Positions 19,235 through 28,105 of a DNA stretch of 64,000 nt are shown here, in pieces; positions within the stretch are counted from its first letter, which is position 1; each line of letters begins with the position of its first letter. The position numbers and the translations under genes were made by a program. The notes below the pieces were generated by a model, which had not been told where the DNA came from, ran no database searches, and saw nothing but the letters and a program-made list of their open reading frames with translations. Source of the stretch: Gemmatimonadaceae bacterium (GTDB taxonomy: Bacteria > Gemmatimonadota > Gemmatimonadetes > Gemmatimonadales > Gemmatimonadaceae); contig JBGAJQ010000002.1 in assembly GCA_044224875.1 (NCBI GenBank), positions 128,001 through 192,000 on the forward strand, given 5' to 3'.

Positions 19235-21007
19235 CTAGCGTCTCTGAAACTCCGGACTGCCTAACGCAAGTCCGACCATTTGTGCCAATCCGTTGAGCGC
19301 CACGGGTTGCCCCGCCAGCGGTCGCGACGCGCGCCGCATTCGCGGCCCGGACCGGTCCTCGTCGTTCATGGTCATCTGGTTCACGGCGTCGTCGATGGCA
19401 TGATCGCTCAGGACACTATCCGCACCGGCTCGTTCCAGAAACGGGTTCCTTCCTGTTTCGAGTATGGCGCGGGTGGCGCCGGAGACATGCCCGCCCAGGA
19501 GCGTCGCAATCACGCTATCCACCTGCACATCGGCCGGTTGATGCACCAGGCCGGCGTATGCTGGCCACGCAGACAGCCTCACCCCAGGCACTCGGCCAGC
19601 TGCAACAGTCAAGCCGAAGTTGATGCGGTTGAGGATCGCACCGGTGTTCATCCAGGACTCGCCGGTTTCCGGCCAGCCATTGGGCGCCTGGTGACCGTAG
19701 ATCGGCTGGCCGAGCTGGGCCACGATGGCGGCCGTGCGCGCCGTGGTGTCGGCGCCGGCGCCCAACGCACGCAACGCGCTGACAACCACCTCGAACGGCG
19801 ATTTTACCTTGGCGCGATAGGCCTGTCGTGAGAAGAACTCCGGCGATGTGACGATCGTGCGCACGACGGCGCGGATGTCACCGTCCGTTCGCTGGAACGT
19901 TACGGCCGCGCGTTCCACCAGGGCACCCGGTGGCGTATCGCTGACAAAGCGAACCGCGAGCTTTCGGGCAATGAACCTGGCGGTAGACGGGTGATGGGCC
20001 ACGATGTCGAGGACTTCCTCACCATCCTCGATACCGCGGCCACCGCGAAGGTGGTGTCCAAGGACCGTCTTGGGCTCGGCGTCGTGCGCGGCGGCATTGA
20101 AGACAAAGCCATACTGGCCCAGGCGTGGCGGCCGTACGGTCCATCCAGTGAGTGCGCGAGCAACATTGATGACGTCGTCCTGCGTGTACCCACCGTCGAC
20201 ACCTAACGTGTGCAACTCCAGGAGTTCACGCGCGTAGTTCTCGTTCAGGCCACGCGCGCGCCTTTGGGCGACGAGACGACGCCCGCGGCCCCGAGCGTCA
20301 CCGGACACACGGCGGCCTGAGTCCGCGATGGAGAGGGCGTTGTCCAGGTAGCTCAGCATGGCCGGACTCTTGGCCACGGCGCCTAACAACTCTCGAAATG
20401 TGCCCAGTGCGCGCGGTCGAATGGCCTCACGATTGTACTCCGGAATGGCATAGCGAACCTGGTTCTTGCCGACAAAGACGGTGAAGTGATTCTCCCAGAA
20501 ATCGGTCATGACCTCGAGCAGCTGGCGGTCGCTGGTAACCGCACGCGCCACCTTGGACGAGAGCAACTCGGCTACAAATGTGCGAGTTCCGCGCGCCTTC
20601 CTCAGCACGTCGGCTCGCTCCGCCGGCGTCAGCATGGTGTCGCCGCGAGCCCGGGCCCTGAGCAGCGTAGCGCCGGGAGGGGGATAGTCTCGGAGTAGGT
20701 CGGCCGAAGACAAGCCGAGCGTGGGATACGCTTCCGCCAGGCGCTGTTCGGCCGGGTCTGGTAGTCGCTCCGGACGGAGTTGTCGATCGATCCAGCGATC
20801 CACGCCGAGCGCCAGTACCTCGTCCACGTTCCCGGGACGTGGTCCAAAGGCCAGGCGGTTCAGCACCTGCAGGGCTTGCTCTCGCGTTGTGAGTTCGCGC
20901 GGGGCAACTCGCACTGTTGCGACGTCGGGCTCGGCGGTCGGAGCGCGGCCCGCGCATCCTGACGAAATGACGGAGACGATCGCTAACCCAAAGACCCATC
21001 GCATCAT
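19235..21007 (-). CDS. DUF1800 family protein (probable lipoprotein)
   Basis: LNRLAFGPRPG, QLLEVMTDFWENHF, SPAMLSYLDN, NENYARELLELHTLG, GYTQDDV, SPEFQRR. Confidence 0.92.
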   Translation of the reverse strand: MMRWVFGLAIVSVISSGCAGRAPTAEPDVATVRVAPRELTTREQALQVLNRLAFGPRPGNVDEVLALGVDRWIDRQLRPERLPDPAEQRLAEAYPTLGLSSADLLRDYPPPGATLLRARARGDTMLTPAERADVLRKARGTRTFVAELLSSKVARAVTSDRQLLEVMTDFWENHFTVFVGKNQVRYAIPEYNREAIRPRALGTFRELLGAVAKSPAMLSYLDNALSIADSGRRVSGDARGRGRRLVAQRRARGLNENYARELLELHTLGVDGGYTQDDVINVARALTGWTVRPPRLGQYGFVFNAAAHDAEPKTVLGHHLRGGRGIEDGEEVLDIVAHHPSTARFIARKLAVRFVSDTPPGALVERAAVTFQRTDGDIRAVVRTIVTSPEFFSRQAYRAKVKSPFEVVVSALRALGAGADTTARTAAIVAQLGQPIYGHQAPNGWPETGESWMNTGAILNRINFGLTVAAGRVPGVRLSAWPAYAGLVHQPADVQVDSVIATLLGGHVSGATRAILETGRNPFLERAGADSVLSDHAIDDAVNQMTMNDEDRSGPRMRRASRPLAGQPVALNGLAQMVGLALGSPEFQRR

Positions 21008-21246
21008 TGGCTGCCATTCCCGCGCCGAGTGTGAACGGATAGACGTCCCCTTCGGGAGAATGTGAAGGAGGAAGACGGATTTCCGTGCCAGGGCTCGCAA
21101 GGAGGGTCAGGTGGTCGGTAAAGATGGCCGGTGTGGTAACCGATACTAGAGGGAGATAAACCTCACGTCGCTTTGCGACTCTTCGCCCGGCGCCGCGCTG
21201 CGCGTTAGGCCATTTCACTTCTATTGATGACTCGTTCAGGGGACGT

Positions 21247-21612
21247 ATGAGCAAGACGGCTCTTGTCGTCGACGATTCCAGCACCATGCGCGAGATGGTC
21301 TCGTTCTCTCTTCGTGAGGCGGGCTTTGAGACTGTCACCGCAGGGAATGGCCAGGAAGGCCTCGACGCACTGCAAGGGAAGTCGGTGGACTTGATCATTT
21401 CCGACCTCAACATGCCGGTGATGGACGGGCTCACCTTCCTGAAGGAGGTGCGCGCGTTGGAAGCGTGCAAGTTCACGCCGGTACTCATGCTGACGACCGA
21501 GTCCGGGCAATCGATGAAGGACCAGGCCAAGACACTTGGCGCGACCGGATGGCTCGTGAAGCCATTCAACCCCGAGATGCTCCGCAAGGTGATCGCCAAG
21601 GTCGTCCCCTGA
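21247..21612 (+). CDS. cheY: Single-domain response regulator, CheY-like
   Basis: VVDDS, DLNMPVMDG, LMLTTES, GATGWLVKPF. Confidence 0.88.
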   Translation: MSKTALVVDDSSTMREMVSFSLREAGFETVTAGNGQEGLDALQGKSVDLIISDLNMPVMDGLTFLKEVRALEACKFTPVLMLTTESGQSMKDQAKTLGATGWLVKPFNPEMLRKVIAKVVP

Positions 21613-21622
21613 CGGCCGTGCG

Positions 21623-22234
21623 ATGACCGAGCCTGCGGCCCCCAGCCGCGCTACTTCCTCACGAGGCGAACGATCTACCGTGGAGCAACCAGCCGTTTCC
21701 GTACCTGAGGGGGCACTCCGAGCGCGCGTGCAGTTGTTGCACGACAGCGTGCAGGATGCGTTGGAGTCCCAGTTTTCCGAGGCATTCAGCGACCTGGTGC
21801 AGTTGCGATCGATCCTGGGCGATGCGACGGGCAAGCTCGCTCAGGCGTTTGGCACCATGGTGCGGCAGGCGCGGGAGCAAGAGCGACAGGCGTTGGAGCT
21901 GCAACGACAGGTCGGCGCTGACGCCGCGGCCGGCGTGGTGAAGCTCGCGGGCGAGATCAGTCGTGACGCGATGTTGGTCGTCCAGGCACTGCAATTCGAA
22001 GACATGGCGAACCAGCTGCTCCAACACGTGGACAAGAAGATTGCCTGGTTGCAGAACTTTGCCATCGATGCATCGATCTTGCGCGCGTCGGTCATCAACG
22101 ACGTCGTTGGGATGACGACGGCAGACTTCGAGCAGATCGAGGAGCGGGTTCGGCAGTTGCGCGAGCAGCTGCAATCGTCGCGGAAGGCCGTGCTGCAGGA
22201 ATCACTCGACGAAGGTGATATCGAGCTGTTTTGA
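21623..22234 (+). CDS. Chemotaxis-associated coiled-coil protein with LQFEDxxxQ motif and C-terminal GDIELF
   Basis: VQALQFEDMANQ; ends ESLDEGDIELF; starts 10 nt after cheY. Confidence 0.65.
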   Translation: MTEPAAPSRATSSRGERSTVEQPAVSVPEGALRARVQLLHDSVQDALESQFSEAFSDLVQLRSILGDATGKLAQAFGTMVRQAREQERQALELQRQVGADAAAGVVKLAGEISRDAMLVVQALQFEDMANQLLQHVDKKIAWLQNFAIDASILRASVINDVVGMTTADFEQIEERVRQLREQLQSSRKAVLQESLDEGDIELF

Positions 22235-22396
22235 ACCTGCATCGCGACACGGGGATTTCTCGATCCTGCGAGCGTCGAGCGATCCGCGGTCGTCATGTTA
22301 ACGCGGCCTCATGTTGGCGCCGATACTCGGACAAGGTGCCCGCCGATACTCGGGAGTAAGGGCGCGATCACGAACCACTTCAGTATCCGGTAGCGA

Positions 22397-23740
22397 ATGA
22401 AGATCCTGTTGGTCGAAGACGATCCTGTCACACGCGAGATCGTGAAGCGCATGCTTACACGAATCGCGGACACCGTCATTGAGGCGGGGGATGGTCTGGA
22501 AGCGCTGGAGCTGATCGAGCGCGAAGATCCGGATTTTCTATTCACGGACCTTCACATGCCCGTGATGGACGGGTACAACCTGGTGAAGGCGATTCGTGCC
22601 TCGCCACAGTGGGCCGCGCTGCCGATCGTCTGCTTGTCCGGGATTCGCGATCGTGCGGAAGTGATGAAGCTGTTGGACCTGGGCATTGCCGACTACATCC
22701 TGAAGCCGATTCGTCCGCAGTCGGCCCACGATCGATTCCGAGCGGTGGTGGCACAGCATGCTGGCTGGCGTCGCACCCAGCGGGTGGGTGATCGACGTAC
22801 GTTGCTGCTGGTGGATGGCGACCCGAATTTCCGCACCTTTGCCAAGAACCTCTTGGAGATCGACTTTGAGGTGCAGGAGTCCATTTCTGGTTCGGACGCC
22901 GCGCGCAAGTATCAACAGGCGTCGCCCAAGCCGGACGTTGTGCTCGTCGCCGAGGGGTTGAAGCTGCTGTCGGAGACGCAGCTGGCGGAGATGATCCGAC
23001 GCTTCGCGTCGGACGCACGAGTGGCGCCGCCGACGATTCTCCTGATGTCCGAATCGGCCGAACTTCCCCCGGAGAAGTCCAAGCGATTTGCCGCGGTGAT
23101 CAAGCGTTCGTTCGTGCCTGGGGAGTTCGAGCTGGAAGTACGCCGCTGGTTGTTCAAGGCGGAGTCGCCGTTCGAAAAGCTCACCACGCACATCGAGAAC
23201 GATGCCCGGGAGTGGTTCGCCACGGGTGTCCGTCAGACGTTGGGTGTCATGGCGGGAAGCGACGCGAGCGTAGTGACGTCGGGGGTGGACGGGACCGTGA
23301 ATCAGGGGGTCGCGGCGACCGTTCGGCTCGAGTCACCGAGTGTTGGTGGAGAGCTTCTGGTCCAGATCGCGTCGTCGCGGGAGGACGCGACACGCATCGC
23401 CGCGGCCGTCATGCGGCGTGATGACGTCTCGGAGACGGAGCCGGGAGAGGTGTTCGCGGAGCTGATCAACGTCATCGGCGGACGCGTGCGGGCATCACTC
23501 GAACAGCATGGTTGGGACCTGCGCCTGTCCCTGCCCGTGGTCGACAACGCCTACAGCAGCAACGACGAGAGTTGGAGCCTGGCCTCGTGGTTCCGCACGA
23601 CGGCCGGTGACGCCTTTCATGTGGCGATCCGACTAACCTCCACCGGGCCGGTGGCAGCTCCACCGGTCCCCATGGCCGCACCAACGGATGCCGTTGCGTC
23701 TGACGGCGCCGAGGACGAGGTCGCCGACGCGTTGTTCTAG
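22397..23740 (+). CDS. Tandem receiver domains plus CheX/CheC-like phosphatase domain
   Basis: REC1 (VEDD, DLHMP, ILKP); degenerate REC2 (LLVDGDPNFR); C-terminal FAELINVIGG ExxN motif and LSLPVV. Confidence 0.75.
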   Translation: MKILLVEDDPVTREIVKRMLTRIADTVIEAGDGLEALELIEREDPDFLFTDLHMPVMDGYNLVKAIRASPQWAALPIVCLSGIRDRAEVMKLLDLGIADYILKPIRPQSAHDRFRAVVAQHAGWRRTQRVGDRRTLLLVDGDPNFRTFAKNLLEIDFEVQESISGSDAARKYQQASPKPDVVLVAEGLKLLSETQLAEMIRRFASDARVAPPTILLMSESAELPPEKSKRFAAVIKRSFVPGEFELEVRRWLFKAESPFEKLTTHIENDAREWFATGVRQTLGVMAGSDASVVTSGVDGTVNQGVAATVRLESPSVGGELLVQIASSREDATRIAAAVMRRDDVSETEPGEVFAELINVIGGRVRASLEQHGWDLRLSLPVVDNAYSSNDESWSLASWFRTTAGDAFHVAIRLTSTGPVAAPPVPMAAPTDAVASDGAEDEVADALF

Positions 23741-23895
23741 TCGGGCCCTTCATGGTCGAGCCGTCGAGTAGCTGTGTGACGGAGCAACCATGCGGTCGGA
23801 ACGCCGGCGTGCACTGGAGTTACCCGACGACTTGCGGCACTGGAGTTGCCGCTCACTACCCGGCCGCATGGTTGTTTCTTACTCCCTTCCGTCTC

Positions 23896-24402
23896 TTACT
23901 GCAGTTTCGCCTGCTTGAGTTCGGCCATCGTCCACGCGCCCGCGCGCGACGATGTGGCGGCGCGGACGGCCGCGACCTGCTCGGCGGTGACCGCAGACGC
24001 GGTGTTGCCCCAGGACGAACGTTCGTACGTCAGAATCGCCGCGATTTGTGCGTCGCTCAGCTGAGACCAGGGCGCCATGACGTTGTTGAACTTCTGCCCG
24101 CCGACGGTGATTTCGCCCTGCAGTCCGTGCAGGATAATGGCGATGGGCATGGAGGGGTCCCCGGTCACGATTTCGGAGCCCGCAAGTGGCGGATACGTTG
24201 CGGGAAGTCCCGCCCCGTTGGCCTGGTGACAGGTCTGACAAACGATGTACTCGGTTGCGCCGTCAGGTCCGGCGGCCACCGCCGGTGTTGAAGCTGGCGG
24301 AGTCGCCGTGGTGGCAGTATCGGTACGAGCGGTCTCGCCGCCTCCGCCACAGGCCAGGGAAGGGATCACGATGGAAAGCACGACAACGGAACGGAACGAC
24401 AC
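23896..24402 (-). CDS. Lipoprotein monoheme cytochrome c
   Basis: Lipobox SLAC, CQTCH heme motif, YPPLAGS, axial Met in NNVMAP; GGAG RBS before GTG at 24402. Confidence 0.88.
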   Translation of the reverse strand: MSFRSVVVLSIVIPSLACGGGGETARTDTATTATPPASTPAVAAGPDGATEYIVCQTCHQANGAGLPATYPPLAGSEIVTGDPSMPIAIILHGLQGEITVGGQKFNNVMAPWSQLSDAQIAAILTYERSSWGNTASAVTAEQVAAVRAATSSRAGAWTMAELKQAKLQ

Positions 24403-24446
24403 GGCAGGGATCTCCGGAAAGGGGTGAACGAGGTACGACAGTTTGG

Positions 24447-24857
24447 CTAGGGCTTGGCGACGCTGAACGAGAACTCGCCGCGCACCGGATGCCCGTCGCG
24501 AGACGCGGCGCGCCACTTCACGACGTAGCTGCCGGGTGCCAACGCGCCCGTGACGTCAGCGAGGAGCAGGGTGGCATCGGGTCCCTCGTTGCGCGCCTTG
24601 CTCATGGCCACGGACGTGCCACCGGCGGCTTCGAGTGTGATGCTGCTGACGGCGACTGTCACGTCTTCGGAAAACCAGAGCTTGATGGCCTTGGGGGCGA
24701 TGGTCACGGCGCTGTCCTTGGCGGGCTCTGACTTCACAAGGCGCAAGTGAAAGGGGGCGAACCCTCCGTCCATAGGCGCAGCTGACGAATGACGGGCCGT
24801 GGGTAGCGAAATCGTGGTGGCAAGTGAGAGCAACAGCAGGGGAACGGAGCGGACCAT
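24447..24857 (-). CDS. copC: Copper-binding protein CopC
   Basis: Signal peptide, HLRLVKSEPA, LWFSE, YVVKWRAASRDGHPVRG. Confidence 0.9.
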   Translation of the reverse strand: MVRSVPLLLLSLATTISLPTARHSSAAPMDGGFAPFHLRLVKSEPAKDSAVTIAPKAIKLWFSEDVTVAVSSITLEAAGGTSVAMSKARNEGPDATLLLADVTGALAPGSYVVKWRAASRDGHPVRGEFSFSVAKP

Positions 24858-24896
24858 GGCAGGAAACTCCAGAGATGGCTTGAGTGTGTTGGTGCG

Positions 24897-26081
24897 TCAG
24901 CGGGAGCCAGGTGCGGCGTGGGGCAGGAAGGGGTTGGAGAATCGAGGATCGGTGACGAACGCAGAGTCGGTGAGGCTGTTAAGGAATGCGAGGACGTCAC
25001 GGCGCTCCGACGGACTCAGCACGAATCCCTTCACAAAGCCGCTCTTGAACGGATTTCGACGACCGACGCCAGCCAGCGGCCCTCCGACAATCGTTCGTCC
25101 GCCAGCGGCATAGTGCGCAATCACGCCGTCGAGCGTCGGAATGCTTCCGTCGTGCATGTACGGCGCGGTCAGGGCGATGTTCCGCAACGTCGGTGCCTTG
25201 AAGCGGCCCATGTCCGCGGGGCGTTCTGTGTGCTCCTTGATTCCAACGTTGTCAGCGGGATAGGCACCACTTCCATGCAGGTTGTAGAGTCCGGTGTTGT
25301 GGAACTCGACCTCAACAAAGCCCTTGCCGACGTAGTCCACCGTATTCGTCAGGTTGAACCCTCCGTGGCAATGGAAGCACTCCAGTCGTTCGGAGAAAAA
25401 CAGGGATTCCCCACGTCGCGCCGAACGAGAGATGGCGGTGGAGTCTCCCTGCCGGAAGCGGTCGTACGGCGATGTCCCCGAGATCAGCGTCCGCTCGAAC
25501 GAGGCGATGGCCTTGGTCACCTGATCGAGCGTTGGCGACGCCGCACCCGGGAACGACTCCCGGAACAGGCGCTGATAGAGCGTGTCAGCTGACAGTCTCG
25601 CCAGCATCTCCTTGTCTTTCCCCGCCAGCCCCAACTCCACTGGAGTCTCGCCAAACATGGGCACAAGCGCCTGCGCCTCGAGGGACCGCTGGTTCGGATT
25701 TGCCCAGGTGAGGACCGGTGCGAACGCGATGTTGGTGAGCCCCATGGAATTCCGGGGGTGCACCTGCCCCGTGGATCCCACCGCCAGCGGTAGGGCGTCG
25801 GCAAAGGCGCGTTCCTGCTTGTGGCAGTTCGCGCAAGCAAACGTCCCGTTGCCCGACAGGCGGGTGTCGTAGAACAGGCGACGACCCAGTTCGACCTTGA
25901 TGGTCGACATCGGATTGTCGGCTGGCACCTTGGGTTGGGGAATCCCGGGTGGAAGGCGCCAGACGTATGGCTCATCGGCACGCGTCGTGTGCACGTTGGC
26001 ACGTCCGGTCGCCGAACCGATCGTGAACGCGGTGGCGCCAGTGGCCAAGGCGGGCCACAGGTGCACCCACCGAATACTCAT
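24897..26081 (-). CDS. mbnH: MbnH-family di-heme enzyme (MauG/bCCP superfamily)
   Basis: LGRRLFYDTRLS, CANCH, CFHCH, GRFKAPTLRNIALTAPYMHDGS; overlaps the mbnP stop. Confidence 0.88.
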   Translation of the reverse strand: MSIRWVHLWPALATGATAFTIGSATGRANVHTTRADEPYVWRLPPGIPQPKVPADNPMSTIKVELGRRLFYDTRLSGNGTFACANCHKQERAFADALPLAVGSTGQVHPRNSMGLTNIAFAPVLTWANPNQRSLEAQALVPMFGETPVELGLAGKDKEMLARLSADTLYQRLFRESFPGAASPTLDQVTKAIASFERTLISGTSPYDRFRQGDSTAISRSARRGESLFFSERLECFHCHGGFNLTNTVDYVGKGFVEVEFHNTGLYNLHGSGAYPADNVGIKEHTERPADMGRFKAPTLRNIALTAPYMHDGSIPTLDGVIAHYAAGGRTIVGGPLAGVGRRNPFKSGFVKGFVLSPSERRDVLAFLNSLTDSAFVTDPRFSNPFLPHAAPGSR

Positions 26082-26971
26082 GGCGTGGCTCCGCTCGGCC
26101 GTTTCCGGAATGTGGTTTGCGCGTGTGCTCCCTGCTCACGGAACGGCAGGCCTAACGCGGCAAAGAGCGGCGCGCAGTCGCCATCCTGCTGGCCGGACAT
26201 GCACCCGGCGGCCGTCTTTGGCTGGTTCACCGACACATTGGCGCGCGCGAGCAGCCGCCCCAGGTCAAACACGACTTCATCGCGTGAGAGCGAGAAGTCG
26301 CTCAGCTCAATCGTCGGCCGGTTCGGAAAGGTGCACTGCGTGGGAATGGTGCTGGCGCTCCCGTCGGGTGTGCACCCGGTGCTGCCAAGGTGCACCATCC
26401 AGAACGACTTCAGTCCGGTTTGCAGGTCCACGCGCATGAACTTGTGGCCGGAATTCCAAGCCCAGAACATGGCCGTGAGCGAAAGCGGCGACGGTTGCGT
26501 GGCCAAGTCCAGGTGATTTCGCTCGAACGGCACGCCAATCGTGAAGCGCACCCCGGCATAGTCGCCAACCGGTACCGTGCCTTCGACGACATTCCGCGTC
26601 TGTGGGGTGCCGTTCTCGCACGGGCCACCCCCGTTCTCGAAATCGAGCAGGGCAATGTTCTCGAATTGCCACAAGCTGTCTTGCGTCAGGCTCAACGGAA
26701 CGTCGGAGCCGTCCGCACGCACGAGCCTCACATCATGAACGAAGAACCGCATGTCGGTGGGCGTGATGCGGGCCTTGGTCACGCCAATCTTGGCGTACGA
26801 GCCACCGCAGGAAAACGGCGTTTCCCCCACCTCAGCGGCGAATCGAAGTCGAACCGTTTGGATGGCGACGGAATCCGTAGTGGCGGTCGCCGGCGCAGAA
26901 CGCGGCGTGTCGAACGATGCGTGGAAACCGACGCCCAATGCGGCGCCGAGAAGTGCAAAGCGAACAAACAT
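26078..26971 (-). CDS. mbnP: MbnP-family copper-binding protein
   Basis: DMRFFV, LLDFENGGGPC, FTIGVPF, MFWAWNSGHKF (WxW), HLGSTGC, GCMS; GGGAGA RBS before ATG at 26971. Confidence 0.88.
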   Translation of the reverse strand: MFVRFALLGAALGVGFHASFDTPRSAPATATTDSVAIQTVRLRFAAEVGETPFSCGGSYAKIGVTKARITPTDMRFFVHDVRLVRADGSDVPLSLTQDSLWQFENIALLDFENGGGPCENGTPQTRNVVEGTVPVGDYAGVRFTIGVPFERNHLDLATQPSPLSLTAMFWAWNSGHKFMRVDLQTGLKSFWMVHLGSTGCTPDGSASTIPTQCTFPNRPTIELSDFSLSRDEVVFDLGRLLARANVSVNQPKTAAGCMSGQQDGDCAPLFAALGLPFREQGAHAQTTFRKRPSGATP

Positions 26972-27144
26972 GTCGTCTCCCGAGAGCGCCCACGATGCCG
27001 TGCCCAGTCGCAACCGACGTTGCGACTGACGAGGCGTGGGACTGAGGTCGTTTGTACGGCGTCCACCAGACGAATCGCGTGTCGCCGCTGGCGACCAACG
27101 CGACCGTTTCGCTCATGCCAAGGCACGAGCGACTCTAGGTCTGG

Positions 27145-27507
27145 TCAGGCGGGCGGTGGGCCGTTCGCGAACGGGAGCTCGTGAGCCTGCCGGCTCTGGA
27201 TGAGCAGGCCGACGAGCGGACGCGGCGCTTGGACAACACGCACCACTGGGGAGACGACGAGCGTCGCCGCTCGCGGCAGGATGACCCGAGCCACACCGCA
27301 GCAGTCCCCGGCGCAGCGGCACGGATGCTGGGTGGTCTTGTCTGGGACGTGCGCTCCCGCCCCATGATGCTCGTGCGCGGCGACCGGTGTGGGCCGGGAC
27401 GCCCCATGCAGAGCACACTCGTGGACGCGCGCCTGCTCCCGCCAGCCGAACAACAGCAAGAGGGCGATGAGCCAACGGCCCAACGCGAGGGAGGCATGGT
27501 GGCGCAC
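27145..27507 (-). CDS. His/Cys-rich small secreted protein, DUF2946-like leader ORF
   Basis: Hydrophobic N-terminus, HECALH, HEHH, HPCRCAGDCC, C-terminal LPFANGPPPA; start uncertain. Confidence 0.65.
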   Translation of the reverse strand: MRHHASLALGRWLIALLLLFGWREQARVHECALHGASRPTPVAAHEHHGAGAHVPDKTTQHPCRCAGDCCGVARVILPRAATLVVSPVVRVVQAPRPLVGLLIQSRQAHELPFANGPPPA

Positions 27508-27725
27508 GAACCAAAAATATCAGGGTGTCAGAGCTGCGCCAGATCACCCCTGCGCCGGCCAATGCACCTCCAGCTTGCCCAGCAGTTGAGGGCAGAACAC
27601 GAACGATGGAGCGGGGGGAGCCCACTCCGCGCCGGGTCCACGATCGGGCACTGTTGTGGGGACGAATACCGAGGTAGCGAAACCTTTCCACCCGCGCCCA
27701 CGTATACTTCCGTGGCACTACTATT

Positions 27726-28103
27726 GTGAACGAGGTATCTACAGAGGGGGATCAGGTGGAACTACGTCGAGAACTCATGCGTGGCGCTGGCCCGGCAGCA
27801 GTCCTTCAGCTGCTCAAGCGACGCGAGATGTATGGGTACGAACTTGCCGAGGCGCTCGGCGAGCGCTCGGACGGGGTTCTGGCCATGGGGCAATCGACCC
27901 TGTACCCCCTACTCTATGGACTAGAGTCCAAGCGGCTGGTGGCCAGCCGTTGGGTTGAACTCAAGTCCGGACGAAAGCGACGGTACTATCGACTAACGGA
28001 CGCCGGTGCCGCCGAGCTCAAGGAGCACCGTGCCCGATGGCAGGAGCTGTTCGAAGCGATGGTGAACCTGGGCCTCGTCACTCCAATTCCCGCTGAGGGC
28101 TGA
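27726..28103 (+). CDS. PadR family transcriptional regulator
   Basis: EMYGYEL, TLYPLLYGLE, GRKRRYYRLTDAG. Confidence 0.9.
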   Translation: MNEVSTEGDQVELRRELMRGAGPAAVLQLLKRREMYGYELAEALGERSDGVLAMGQSTLYPLLYGLESKRLVASRWVELKSGRKRRYYRLTDAGAAELKEHRARWQELFEAMVNLGLVTPIPAEG

Positions 28104-28105
28104 AC

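Noticed and set aside
20427..21599. 390-aa minus-strand ORF and similar long overlapping ORFs (56511-57740, 50867-51961, 30559-31545)
   Set aside because: They overlap well-supported genes on the opposite strand or in another frame and have shadow-ORF composition.
23896..27507. Methanobactin biosynthetic cluster
   Set aside because: Only mbnP and mbnH homologs are present, with no mbnA/B/C-like genes; the Cys-rich ORF has a signal-like N-terminus and Pro-rich tail rather than MbnA features.
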